Below, piece after piece: positions 1 through 12,409 of a stretch of DNA of 64,000 nucleotides. The stretch covers positions 5,180,270 to 5,244,269 of the forward strand of contig MU054212.1 of the NCBI GenBank assembly GCA_013239625.1, in the 5' to 3' direction. The DNA is from Lama guanicoe. Its lineage: Eukaryota. Positions within the stretch are counted from its first letter, which is position 1, and every line of letters starts with the position of its first letter. Under the pieces are notes generated by a model that worked only from the letters and a program-made list of their open reading frames with translations, was not told the origin of the DNA and did not search any database. The position numbers were made by a program, and so were the translations under genes.

Positions 1-994
1 GTTTAGCCAAATTAATATATTAAGGAAAAACAATCTCGTATTTCCTGACTGTGACTTCTTCACATTCATTAAATCGTGCCATCTGTTACTTGACTTGCAG
101 CTACATTATATGATATATTCGCATCTCTATCTATGTCCAGGCCAGTGATACCAGCTCGGAAGCTGACAGCAATGAGAGAAGTAGTCCAAACATGTCGGTC
201 TCAACCCTCCCTTCCCCTCCAGTTGTCTATTTCTATTTGATATTTTTCAGGAGGGCATGTGAATGTGTATTATGATTGTGTTTGTTTGATGGAGAAGGTG
301 CTACGGGAGAGTGAGGGAGGTGCTACTAAATCTAGAAAGCCTGGTCGAGTAGAATAATGCTAAGATAACAGAGCTGAGTCATCTTTGCTGCATTGTGGTA
401 AACTTCACAGATATTCTCTTGGATCGTCAGATGTGGGACTGTGTATTTCTCTTCACTCTTGTCCTCTTTTGTAGCTTCCTGACAACTGCACAACTGGCCA
501 GTCATCACCACTGACTAGCCTTGAGGACATAACTCCTCATGATGCAGAATCAGAATTGTTAATCCTCCAGCCAGTTCCAATATAAATTGCTTCAGCAAAT
601 ATCCAAATAAGTAGAAAAGAGAAAGAATTATGAGCAATAATAGAATACTACAGCTTTACAGTAAAGCAGAGTTTATCTTTGCATTGAATTTCTGTCAATA
701 TAAAGAGTCACAACTAATGGACAAATGAGATGAGGTACATTAGAGGATGAGGCCAAGAAAAATCTGCTTCCTTTTATGCAAGGCACCGTCCCACAGATCA
801 GGTTGAAATATTCACTCAGCTAATTTGTTGAGCTCCTACAAAACATACCCCAAAAACATAATGTGTTTTGAATGCTCAGATAACCCGTTCCCAGTCACAA
901 GCTCTGCCCCATGTATGGAGCTATGGTTAGAAGCATAGAGACAAGAAAGTGTGGGGGCGGGGAGGGAAACTAACTTGTCCTTTTCCACACTGTT

Positions 995-1096
995 GGGGGA
1001 GGGCATAGCTCAAGAGGTAGAGCAGATGCTTAGCATGCACAAGGTCCTGGGTTCAACCCCCAGTACATCCTCCAAAAATAAATAAACAAACCCAAT
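995..1096 (+). mobile_element. tRNA-Ala-derived SINE, camelid Vic-1-like
   Basis: GGGGGAGGGCATAGCTCAAGAGGTAGAGCAGATGCTTAGCATGCACAAGGTCCTGGGTTCAACCCCCAGTAC head with A box and B box, A-rich tail, and a target-site duplication CACACTGTT at 986-994 and 1097-1105. Confidence 0.9.
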
Positions 1097-1721
1097 CACA
1101 CTGTTGAATTGTGACAGTTTTGTTGAATTCTTGGGACTGTATACATTTTACAATGACAGACTGGCAAATCTGTGTTGCTGCAGCTAACATAAATCTGTTT
1201 AATTTAAAATTATGTATTGAACAAAGAAATATTTCTATGACATTTCATGAAGTAGGTTATCAGTTTGATTGCTGTGATATTTCTGTGACACTTTCCTAGG
1301 TGTGGTACCAGTTTGATTGTCATAACTCAAATTGATTTAGAATTTAGTTCATCTCACTTAATAGATTATTTTAATTAAAAGAAAAAGCTCAGAGTCAAAT
1401 CAAAAACCATAAAAACAGGTTTTCAGGATTTTAAAATAATCTGACAGCTCATGTTGTGTTATTAAATTTTAGTATTTTTCACAAGAAGTTAACCCTCCCT
1501 CCTCCATCCATCCAAAGTGGAAGGCAATGGCCCTGACAAAGAAAGTGGTCCCAGAATTACTCCTACTTAGGAGTGAAGATTTCATCGTCTTCAGACATGT
1601 GGGCCATGCTCTATAATGGGGAGAAGTGCTCTCAGTATTGACAAAAGTTGCAGCCCCTTCACGTGGGAGTGAGGGTCTTATGCTCAGCTATTTCTGTATC
1701 AGAAGATCCAAGAACAATCAT

Positions 1722-1881
1722 GGGGGGAGGGTATATAGCTCAGTGGTAAAGTGATGCTTAGTGTGTATGATGTTCTGGGTTCACTCCCCAGTACCTCCGT
1801 TAAAAAACAAACATTCAAACAAAAAATAATCCACACAAACCTAATTACCCCCTCAAAAACAAAACAAAACAAAACAAACAC
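1722..1881 (+). mobile_element. tRNA-Ala-derived SINE, camelid Vic-1-like (second, more diverged copy)
   Basis: GGGGGGAGGGTATATAGCTCAGTGGTAAAG...CTGGGTTCACTCCCCAGTACCTCC, AAACCTAATTACCCC segment, (AAAAC)n tail, degenerate TSD GAACAATCATG (1712) / GAACACTCGTG (1882). Confidence 0.88.
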
Positions 1882-2759
1882 GAACACTCGTGATCGTCTT
1901 TTTAAACACATAGAATGATTTCTGTTTTCCTGCAGTGTTTGGTTCAGTCACAACTTCCAGTAAGTATATTAATAGTTTATGTTACAGAAAAAGAGTTTAA
2001 AAGTAACTCCAAGCTCAATTATTAGGAAACTCGAATGATATGAAAGTTGCAATATCTAAGCATCATAATTAAAACTCTTCAGAGTAGGATATGAGAAGCT
2101 TAAATTAGAACAAAAGTGGCATGTCTATAGCTGATTTTCATTCCTCACAAAAAGCTTTTTATCACTTAGATATTATTAGTCACTGCTAAATTAGAAATCC
2201 GTGAATAAACCTGTACTAATCATTTCCATCAGGAAAGTTATTTGGATTTTTCAGAGATGTGTTTTTATGGTCATTTTGATCTGATAAGTTAGCATTTCAC
2301 AAGGAAATGGCATGAAAAAAGAATCTTTTAAAAATGAGGCTTTCAACCAAGATTTTTTTCCTACATGTATAAATATAAATGATGGAAACATTCATTATAT
2401 AAGGAAATTAAGAGTGAAGTTTCCATAGTGATAAATTTAAGATCCAGATCTGTAAAAATGGCCATAAAATTGGAGATGGGAAGATTGACATGTCTAATAA
2501 ACAATGGTAAAGTAACAGAAAAAGAACATGAACAGTAAGACCGACGTATATCCTCACGAGCTGGATGAGGCTGCTTCAGGTTGACTGACATTTCCAGCAG
2601 CTCCATGCTGCCCATTGTGCTCCTAGCGTGGAATGAGTAGACCCCCAGAAAATATAGTTATTTTTTCCTCTAATTTTGTCATGAGAATCTATATTCACTA
2701 TAGGAAAAATAAAACTAGATAGTAAGAAAATACTAAAAGCACCAAATCCTACAATTCAA

Positions 2760-3120
2760 CATACATACTGATTTAAGTCTTATAAATATATATCACTTAT
2801 ATAATTGAGGTCGCTTTATAATATTCACAATTGCTGCTTTCAGATGAGAATATATTGAATTGTGAAAAAAATTTTCCTACATCAATAAATACAGTCTATA
2901 TTATCTTTAGAAATATAGTAATGTATATCATTTTTATGGAGGAATCAAGTATTTTTGACATTCATTTTATTTATTTACTTGCTATCTTGTCATTTTAAAC
3001 AATGTTGCAATGAATAGCTTTGTGCATATATTTTTGAGTACATTTTTATTACTTTTCATAGAATGAATTCCTAGAAGGGAAAACAGTGTATCAATGTAAA
3101 TCAACGTTTAAATATGTTTC
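2760..3120 (-). mobile_element. old L1 (L1ME-like) 3' fragment
   Basis: AATGTTGCAATGAATAGCTTTGTGCATATATTTTTG...ATTCCTAGAAG resembles the antisense of the L1M 3' region. Confidence 0.55.
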
Positions 3121-3469
3121 TCTAATGTACCATTTGGAGACACTAATGAGACTATGGATTTAACATGGAAAAATGCATATTTGAAAAGAAACACAAGTTT
3201 CTGTGAGGTTCAGAGGATGCTTGTCTCTCCAGAAAGCGCATTTATAGACATTCATCAGAGAGTTATTTAGCTCATGTTAAGAACACTTATGCTATATTAT
3301 AATCCAATTGTTATAAAAATATATTCATAAATATCAGGAAAGATCTATGAACAAAGAATTACTAATGGTGAGGGGCTGATAGAGGGACTAACTCTCCTGC
3401 CAAATACAGTTGTAAACAAAAGACGAGAAATATCTGCCGAAGACACTTGTGAATCAAAATAATGAAGAA

Positions 3470-4020
3470 CCAAACCTTAGAAGTAAAGAGAAAGTCCCAG
3501 CAAGAAGCTTAAAAAAAAAAGCCTAAAAGTAAAGTATTTAAAAGCTGGGAGCGATAATCCATCCAGTAATTTATCTATTTGTTAGGACAAAGAACAAAGC
3601 TCTTTAGAGAAAGATAAAAAAAATCCAGGGTCCCCACAATATATCATTCACAATGTCCATTATACAACTGAAAACCTACTAGGCATGCAAAGAAACAGAA
3701 AGCATATGACCTGGGGTCAACAGAAAAATCCATCAATACGCTGTGGTACCTAGACTACCTGGATGTTGAAATTAGCTATTAGATGGAGAAAGAGCTACAG
3801 TAAGTATGTTAGAGAATCTGCAGGAAGTAATACGCATATTGGGTGATGCAGAATTTCAAAAGAGATATGAAAGTTTAAAAGAGAAAGGGCATCCTAAAAC
3901 AAAACAGTAATCAATATTAGAAAAAATATGTATTGTATGGGATAAACACAAGAGAAGAAAAAATTTAACTTAAAGAGAAATCAGTAAAAATAAATCAGTA
4001 AAAAGCATTCAAACTGAACT
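3470..4020 (+). mobile_element. old L1M 5'/ORF1-proximal fragment
   Basis: A-rich, ATTCACAATGTCC...AGGCATGCAAAGAAACAGAA...GGATGTTGAAATTAGC resembles the L1M 5' region. Confidence 0.55.
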
Positions 4021-5773
4021 GAACATTGCTCTTAGTATAATGACAAAACGATGCTTAACAACTTCCCTTTCCTTCCCTCTACTCAGTCTCTAGCCATTCA
4101 ATCACCATCCAGTTCCTAAAGCTACCTTGCTGTACCTCAGCTGTGACTCTTTCTCTCTTGCTGTTCCTCCCAACTGAAGAACCATCTTATTATTTTTCCA
4201 CATCATCTTTGGATATTTGCCATGTATTTATCCCTTAGACTTCCATCCAGTAAAATTTCTCATGAAAAACCTCGCATACACCCAGTCTTCAGTTTTCAGT
4301 CTAACCCAAACCTTCAGTCTGGATTCGGATCCACTCCATGTTCTGTATCTTGCTGACTTCCTGCTCTCAGGGCTCCTGACTCACTAGGTCATTCTGTGCA
4401 ATTATGGGAAAAAAACAATCTTACAATTTGGTTGATGTTGAGTACAAGGCTAATATTCAAATATTTGCCTTTCTTGATATTTTTTCTAGCATAGCCCTTG
4501 AACAGAAGCTACTTTATATTGTGTTCACTTTAAAAAGTGCTGTAGCATTTCAAAACTGAAGGGAAAAAACAAACAAACCACTAGCTCTGCTACTCAGAGC
4601 ATCAAGCGTGCGTAGGGCCCCAGTTAAAACACACACACTCACAGTAACTTCTGTACCCTCGCAGTGGTTGTCCAGATAAAAAATCTTTATGGGGATTAGT
4701 ACTGACTTTGTGCACTGTTGACACTGGATAACCTTCCGTACCGTCCCCCCTCCTCGCCCACCCTGTCTTTACTGCCCCCACCTCTCTGCCCTTCTCCTGT
4801 GTCCTGGTTTGCTTACTGAGCAGTATACCATATGTCATGGGCTAGAAAAGTTCTTTTCTCTTTTTCCTTTTTTTTTTTTTTTTTTTTTTGTACAGTTTTT
4901 CTTTTGTGCTTATCCCAATCCTTTGTCTCCAAATATAAGGCTGCCCTCTAATTTGGGGTTGCCTTTTTATATTTTCCATTAGAGAATAAACCCCAGGAAG
5001 GTGTGTATACTAATTTGTGTCATCACAGCTTTTCTCACCACGGTGCTCGCAGGCCAATATCTCCCATAAAAACAGTGATTTTTATATACTTCCTTTGAAT
5101 CCTGAGATTTTGTGATGGAAAATTAGGGCAAGCGATAAGAAGGAGCACACATAATGGAAGCTTATGTAGTGATTTGTAGTGCAAAATAGAAAGTTTGTGT
5201 TTGGTGAGAGAACTGAGAATGGTGCTTTGAGGAGAAGTTGAGGGGAGAGAACGCACATATGTAAATTGGGACAGGGAGAAGTTTTGTTTGGCAGTAGAGA
5301 GATTTGGAGGAAGAAGATGCCATTTATAGAGGGGATAAGTGAGCAGGCAGAAGTAAAGACAGTATAAGATTTTAAAGTATCTCCCATCCTTGGATTAGTA
5401 TTGTGGAAAGACCGCTACATGGATGCTTTTTGGTGGAATCAGCATTCCTTGCCACTGGATCAAATCAGTTCCGATTTTAACTCCCACCTTATCTCGAAAA
5501 AACTATTTTCATAGAATTTTTCCAAAGACACCGATAACTTGTGTTAATGTCAATGCCTTTAACTTTGGTTGGGCCCTCTTTTGGAATGAATTTATATACT
5601 TTGTATGAAAACTGAGAAATACGCACTCAGCATAAAACTGCAATTGGAGAAATTGTGTGTTGTGTAGCCAATTCTCCTCTCAAGGAGGTCTCAGGACTTG
5701 GGTCTGTATTCGGTGGGTATTTAAACTTTAATTGATGATTATATGCATTTCACTTGAATTTTTACAGTCTTAC

Positions 5774-6055
5774 CCCTATTCACACTAAAAGACATTAAAG
5801 TTAATCTTTTCAAAGTCCCTGGTCTCAACTGTTTTATCATACCTTTTAATTTTTAAGAAGATTAAAATAACAAGAGCACCTTTGAAATTCCTGTGTCTGG
5901 TTTGGCAGCTGGGTAAATGGTTCTCCGGAGTGACATTCTTTCTTATTGATGCAATTGCTTCTGTCATCTGAGCACCTTTAGGTATCTGGCTTCAAATGAC
6001 GGTGTCTGTGATTTCTATAGAAAGCTCAGAAGATATCCCTGTGTACTTCCCCTAC
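5774..6055 (-). other. candidate non-coding internal exon (alternative donor would give 5843-6055)
   Basis: Minus strand reads CTAAC branch point (~6092-6096), an AG-free pyrimidine tract, then TTTTCTTCTCCACAG|G at 6056/6055. Donors are AAG|GTATGA (5843) or GGG|GTAAGA (5774). All three frames hit a stop early in the exon. Confidence 0.35.
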
Positions 6056-7779
6056 CTGTGGAGAAGAAAACAGTGGGTGGAGAAGCATAAAGTTAGTTCT
6101 CTTTTAAATTGTCATTTACTTCCCAGATAATCGTATGTCATGATCTTAATAAGCGCAGGATGCCTTGGAGAGCGTGTTTTACCTGGTTTCCCTCCAAATC
6201 AGAAAGACCATCTGAAACTGACTCAAGATATAATTATATCAGGATAAAAATAATCTCATTACACATATTTCCTATTTATATCTTCTTTGATTTCTGTTTT
6301 GTTAACATTCGTGCTATTTTAAAATAATCAAATATGCCGTAAGATAATATTATGTTGCATCCAAAGCAACAACTTTCAAAGATGTTAGTATAAAGATGTT
6401 ACTTACACTCCAAATTTTATTTTCTCATATTTTATAAATATAAGTAAGTAAAACACACTTCTTGATTCAAGTCATTAGTATATAGTAAAATATTTAGCAC
6501 TTTAGCTTTTAGGCAAATGGTCTAATAACAAAAATTGGTTCATTTATTTTCTTTTCTCTCCAGTATTAACCTTCAGTGGGAGCTTTGCATGCATTTTAAT
6601 TTATCTTAAATTTATGCAAAAATAGATTAGCATTTCCTAGCAATCATTTGTTTTGCATTATTGCTTTCAGCCATTTTTTAAACCACCTGCTGTATTTGCC
6701 TTATGCTCAAAGTATGCTGTTGACAGTTACTAATAATGCAGATTAAATTTGCTTATGATGACAGGCAAAACACTAAGTAAAAACAAAACAATATAATCCT
6801 GCATTTGTTTTCTCTGTTTAAGTGGTTGCTTAAACACATTAGATTTGCAAGAGCATTAATTTATTACCATTTGGCAAGTCTTACTGAACTGAGATACAGA
6901 CAGTATGTGAAAGTGAATATAATTACACAATTTTTCAAGTATTGGTCTGTTTTATAAAGTTAAAATTATGTACGCAGTAGAAAACAAATAACTTTGGGTT
7001 GTTTTTTTTTTAATATTTCCAGAAGTCATTAGAACTTGCCATTAAGAGATAATATCATTAGTAAATGGAAACATCTAAGCATCTTTTCTGAAGGCAAAAG
7101 TTGTCAAGGCAGTCAGAGATTTTCCATTTTGCATGTATTTCTACTTTGTTCTTCTTGGTGTACAGCTAAAAAGAGCAGAACAAAACAAATACTCTTAAAA
7201 CTTAAAAGATGGTGATTAAGACCTGACACAAGGGACATTTGTTATGCTTTATAGGCCTGTGTTTGGAGAGCAGCAAAAATGATGGATGCGGTAGATAATT
7301 GTCCCTGAGACCCACGTATTTGGACCTGAAGAATTAGCCCTGCTTTCACAAACCTTCACTGTGAATTGTGGCCATCTCTGATGTTTCCGTTTATTTAACA
7401 AGAAAAATATATGGACACTCATGATCCCATAGTCCTTGCCGCATGATTGCTTCTTGGATGCTTTTAACTCAGGGATTAATTCTTGGAATTTATTGAGGCG
7501 AAAGCAATATAAGCAAATTAGATTCAATTTATCCTTGTAAATAATGTAGAAATTATAAATTATTATGCAGCGTGTTCATCTATAAATGTCAAAAATAGAT
7601 TTTTCATTTTATATTTAACACATTGAATTAATTTTTGCCCATCTATGTTGCCCTGATATATGTCTTACAGATTTTTGTTTTAAGGCTATGCATAAACAGA
7701 CGTAAGAAAGCTCTGGAGCAGCCAATTCAGTGTTCAGGTAGTCCAACCAAGAGCAGGAAGGTTAAAAGTTGTATTCAAT

Positions 7780-8010
7780 ATAATGGTTTCTAACATTTGA
7801 GCGATATGTACCAGACATAGTGTTAATAGTTTTTATTCAGAATGTATTTAATTCTTAGAGGTGTATAAGGTAGATGACACTATTCCCATTTCACAGATAC
7901 AGAAACCAATGCACAAAGATACTTTGCAAGAGGCATATGTGTTGAATTGGAACTAGAAGTCAACTGCAATCAAATGATTTCAAAGCCTGTGCTTAACCAA
8001 CCCACTGGAC
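7780..8010 (-). mobile_element. MIR SINE
   Basis: TATTCCCATTTCACAGATACAGAAACCAATGCACA core and GCCTGTGCTTAACCA end (antisense MIR). Confidence 0.7.
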
Positions 8011-8234
8011 TACCTTTGTTACTCCCAGTGGGAACAGGAAGAATTGGGAATATTTCCTAAGACTTTGATAGGGCCCCTATCATGATATAGTATCATGATA
8101 TAGAATGATAGTAGCCATTCATTGGTCTAAACCTTTTCCTTTTTTAATATGTCAAATAAGGAGAAGCAGCAGAATCTGCAAGCAGAGAAGCTGTATTCCT
8201 GTGCTAGAGCCAAACTTTAAAAGAAGCATTTGGT

Positions 8235-8400
8235 TGTTAGCTCTGTAATACTTAACTTTTCTGAGCCTCAATTGCCTTATCTGTTCATAGGGCAAATAAT
8301 ATCTATCCACAAATTTCTCAGCAGTGAAACTAAGAGCCAGATGTCAATGGAATATTTTTAAGGTGTTAGGAGAGAGTAGTTCTAAATATAAAGTATTAAA
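8235..8400 (+). mobile_element. MIR SINE fragment
   Basis: TACTTAACTTTTCTGAGCCTCAATTGCCTTATCTGT resembles the MIR core. Confidence 0.6.
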
Positions 8401-8879
8401 GTAAAAGATGACAATATTCTATTATCATAATAGAAAATAAAAGTAGACTATGAAAACCAACTGAACTTCTAATGAAGAATGAAGCTAAAATAAAGTTCTT
8501 GTTGTGACCCACAATAACGCATAGACTTCACCACTAACAGATCCTTGTTGAAGAAACTGTGGAGAAGACAATTCAGAAAAAAGGAAATGAAAGGCATAAG
8601 GAAGGAATGGCATGCAAGTTGGAATGGAGCACAAGAATTTTAAACCTGGGGGCAAATCTAAACAGCATGGACTAGATGCGGTCTGGCCCCATCGCTGAGC
8701 TTAAGATCTAGCAAGGAGGTAAACTATAAACAATTTAATTCAATTCTCTTAGGTAGAAAAATTGCTGTGGAGTAGATAGACTGATATAAGTGGCGTTCCT
8801 TTTTCTAAATGTTAATGAGATCATGTAATCTAATATATGATCCATGTGCGTAATTTAAAGGCCATTGAAACATTTAATG

Positions 8880-9275
8880 CTGAAATGGGAGCTCTTGCAT
8901 CACCAGCCTCAGCTCCTATCACTAGCCGTCACCTCCCCTCCTTCCATAGTTTGTTTTCACTTGAGTTTCTCAAATGTACCACACTGTTGCTTTCAGTCTT
9001 TACACGTATGTCTGAGGGGAACCCACACTGTCACTTACTTAATTTATCCACCTCCTTCAGATTTGCTCTGGGATCACCTCCTCCTCGAAGCCTTTCCTGC
9101 TTTAGCCCCTCCTGCCCTAACCTGTCTCCAACTTTATGAAGTTAGACACCTTTCTTTGGTGCCTTCAGAGTATGCTCTATATAATTCCTTCCTAAATTTT
9201 CACAAATTATATTAAACATCATTGTTCATGTGTTAGTATTCCCCGCTAGGTGGTAAATCATTTTAGGGGAGATAA
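8880..9275 (+). mobile_element. L2 LINE 3' fragment
   Basis: C/T-rich, ATCACCTCCTCCTCGAAGCCTTTCCTG motif and L2-like 3' end. Confidence 0.6.
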
Positions 9276-9579
9276 TATAGTAATAGTTGTTTTCAGTTGT
9301 CACTCTTGGCCCCACTTTAGGCGAAAATGTCCTACACAATTGCCCCAAATATAAGGCAAAATATCATTAGTGCTGCAGATAGAAACAAAAATGCTGAAGT
9401 TACCCAGATGGTGTGTCTTGCTACATATCGATAACAACCCAATTACACAGCAATACTTAACCAATAATTTAGTAAGTTGAAGCACGAACTGCAACAGCAG
9501 CAACGTGTAAACATTGCTGAAAGATCTGATAAAGTTCCAACAAGTTTCTAAAGATCTGTCTGCTGACAAAGTCCGTAGG

Positions 9580-11384
9580 ATTTAGTTTTAATTTTAATTT
9601 TTGATTTTGGAGTAATTTCAAATTTACAGAAAAGTTCTAAGTGTAGTAAGAATTACCCCCTTTTCTCCTTCACCTAGATGCCCTAATTGTTAGCATTTTG
9701 CCACATTTTTTTCCTCTATTTATCTTTATTATTTTTACTAGTCCTATTATTGTTGCTGAACTATTTGAGAATAACCAAAATATGTTATCTCAAGAATAAG
9801 GACATTCACTTATATACCCTCAGTATGATTATCAAATACATGAAATTTAAAATAAAAACATTTTATTGCCCAATGAATAGTCCATATTAAATTTTGCTGA
9901 TTGTCCAATAATTACCTCTATGTGTTTTCTTTTTCAAACCAAAATCCAAATGAAAAACACCCACTGCGTTGAGCTGTCATCCCCTCAGTCTCCTTTAATC
10001 TGGAAACTGTCTTCCATGACATTTCTGTTTTTGAAGATACAGACTCCTTCTTTTGTAGACTGGACTTGTGTGATGTTTGTTCGTGATTACATTCAGGTTA
10101 TGCCTTTTTGGCAAAGCCACAGCATGAGTGGTGTTATGTTCTTAGAGTATCACATTATGAGACACATCATGACAGTTTGTCCTCAGTACTGCTGATGTTA
10201 CCTTTGCACTTGCGGAGTTGGGATCTGCCACATTTCTCAATCAGAAAGTTACCACCTTCTGTTTGCATCCTGGGAGAAAATGACTTAAGGTGTACTAACT
10301 ATTTTATTCTTCACCAAATACTCACCCAGTATTTTTAGCATGTATTGATGATTCCCATCTATATTAATGACAGCTATAATATTTTCAAAAGATGTTTTTA
10401 CCACTATTTGATTCTTTTTATGGTTAGTAATTTATAAGCCGCTGCAAGAAAGTTTTTCCACTGTTCTTATTTTTTGGCTAATTCATTTGTTTATGCACTT
10501 TATTTATGAGTTTGAGCTCATGGATTCTTATTTTCCCCTTGGGTTTTCATTACTGTCAGTATTTATTTTGGCGCTTAACTTGTCTCAGATTTGACAAGTG
10601 GAAGACGCTCCTTCAGATGGGCTTTACGGCCTTATGTCATGCTTTCATTTTTTTTTTCTTAATTCTGTACTTTCTGACACCCCAAGAAATTGCAGTCACT
10701 TTTATGCTCTTTACCCCAACCTTAGGATCAGACATTCCTCCCTGGAGCCATCAGAACTTTTATTGAGGACCGCTATTTGCACACCAAGGTCTGCATGGTA
10801 AGTGTGCTCATGTATGTGTAAGTTCTACACACAGACATGTAAATCATAACTTCTTACTAATAACTCTATTTTTCAATTCCTTTCTACTGAATATTTCATG
10901 CCTTCCCGCATGCCACATCAACATGTTCATTCTACACTGAAAACTCTGGCTCCCAACATGAATGCATTTCTTCATTTGCTCAGTCCTATAAAACACTTAG
11001 TGTAGTTTCAGAACTATTACACCCATATTGCTATGAATAGCAAACTTACTAATTAGTGTTCAGTATTTTTGAAGTTTTTTTTCACCTTTAGACTGAGGGA
11101 ATATAGTTCAAGTGCTGTGTTCAAAATTACTTATTTATTTTTTCTTCTATATGATGTTCATCGGAAATAGATTCAGGGTTTTTGGCTATTTATATTCAAT
11201 TTTACTTTTTTCCTCCATTTTTGTTGATTTTGTTTCATTTATGAATACGCACATTGACAAGTTCCAAAATCAAAACTATACAAAAGGCACATGCAAAGAC
11301 ATCTCATTCATTCCCCACTCCTTTCTCCTTATTTACATATTAGCCTCTGTTGGTAACCAGTCTCATGAGTTTCTTATGACATTT
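9580..11384 (-). mobile_element. L1MC-like 3' region
   Basis: ATTTTGGAGTAATTTCAAATTTACAGAAAAGTT at the left end, typical of antisense L1MC 3' UTRs; T-rich throughout. Confidence 0.7.
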
Positions 11385-11859
11385 TGTATGGTCAGGCCAC
11401 CCAGGATGACCGTTCTCTTGCTCTCTGTACATCTGCTGCTCAACCAATGCCTGCTTCACTTACAGCTACTCGCGTGACTAACCTTCCTGTATACTCGCCC
11501 CCGCTTTAGATCGGAACATCTCCACCATGAGAGTTTATCAAAGGGGCAATGAGGGGCATGCCCCTCTGCCAGTTTCCCTGGTAACTGATGAGTCAACCTG
11601 ACATCAACTGCCCTTATAACTAGTAACCTCCCTCCCCCTCCTCTCTCCACCCCCCAGGGAAGACTGCTGCCAAGTCCTGCCTGCGCTTCTGCACACAGTG
11701 GGGTGTCTCAGGGTGGGGTGTAGGTCCAGGACCTTGCTTCAGATCCCTCTATCCATTAAACCATTTGGTGTCTCTGTTTCTGAATCCAGGCTCTTTCTTC
11801 AGTCTTGAGACTGAGCAAGAAAGGACAAGGCTTGCAGGCCTGTAGGCTGCAGCCTGACA
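11385..11859 (+). mobile_element. solo LTR nested in L1
   Basis: Starts TG (TGTATGGTCAGG), ends CA (CCTGACA), near-match 5-bp flanks CATTT/CCTTT, TATA-like TTATAA (~11614), ATTAAA at 11755-11760, and GC-richer than the flanks. Confidence 0.75.
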
Positions 11860-12400
11860 CCTTTCTGTGTTTCATTTGCAAAAATGAAGAATCTATATGT
11901 ATAAACAAGCATACATACATATGTATTTCTTCTTCTGACATAAAAAATCTTACTACATTTTTTAAACTTAGCAATATATCCCCCAAATCAGAAATAATCA
12001 ATACTTCAAACACATAACTCTCTTTTTGTACAGCTTCTTAATATGCCAATGTCCTCTGTATGGGATTCAGTTTATTTTAAATGGTTTGCAGTTAAAAATA
12101 ATGCCAAAATAGGTGAACTTGTGCATATGTATTTTGGTGTTATGGATGACGTATCTTCATGAGAAAACTCTTAGAAGTGAGTTTGTCAGTTACACATATA
12201 TACTTTTCTTAGATGTTTCCAAATTCCTCTCCAAAGGTGTTGAACCACTTTATATTCCTACAAGTCATGTAACAGTCCATTGATCCACATATACTGTGTT
12301 TCCTACCTGGCAAGTGAGAGATGGTATACCAGTATAATTTAAATTTGCATGTATGTTATTATGAGTGTTTTTGGAATCATCTGTGATTGTTGTCTTTTTT
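11860..12400 (-). mobile_element. L1M fragment (continuation after the LTR insertion)
   Basis: AATAATGCCAAAATAGGTGAACTTGTGCATATG...ACTTTATATTCCTACAAG...TTTAAATTTGCATG, antisense L1 3' motifs. Confidence 0.65.
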
Positions 12401-12409
12401 TATAGCTTA

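Noticed and set aside
995..1075. tRNA-Ala(AGC) gene
   Set aside because: Mismatched stems, an A-rich tail and a TSD show it is a SINE; the same applies to 1722-1800
4855..4905. Poly-T tract as the tail of a retrocopy
   Set aside because: No adjacent recognisable SINE, L1 or mRNA body and no TSD found; treated as a simple repeat
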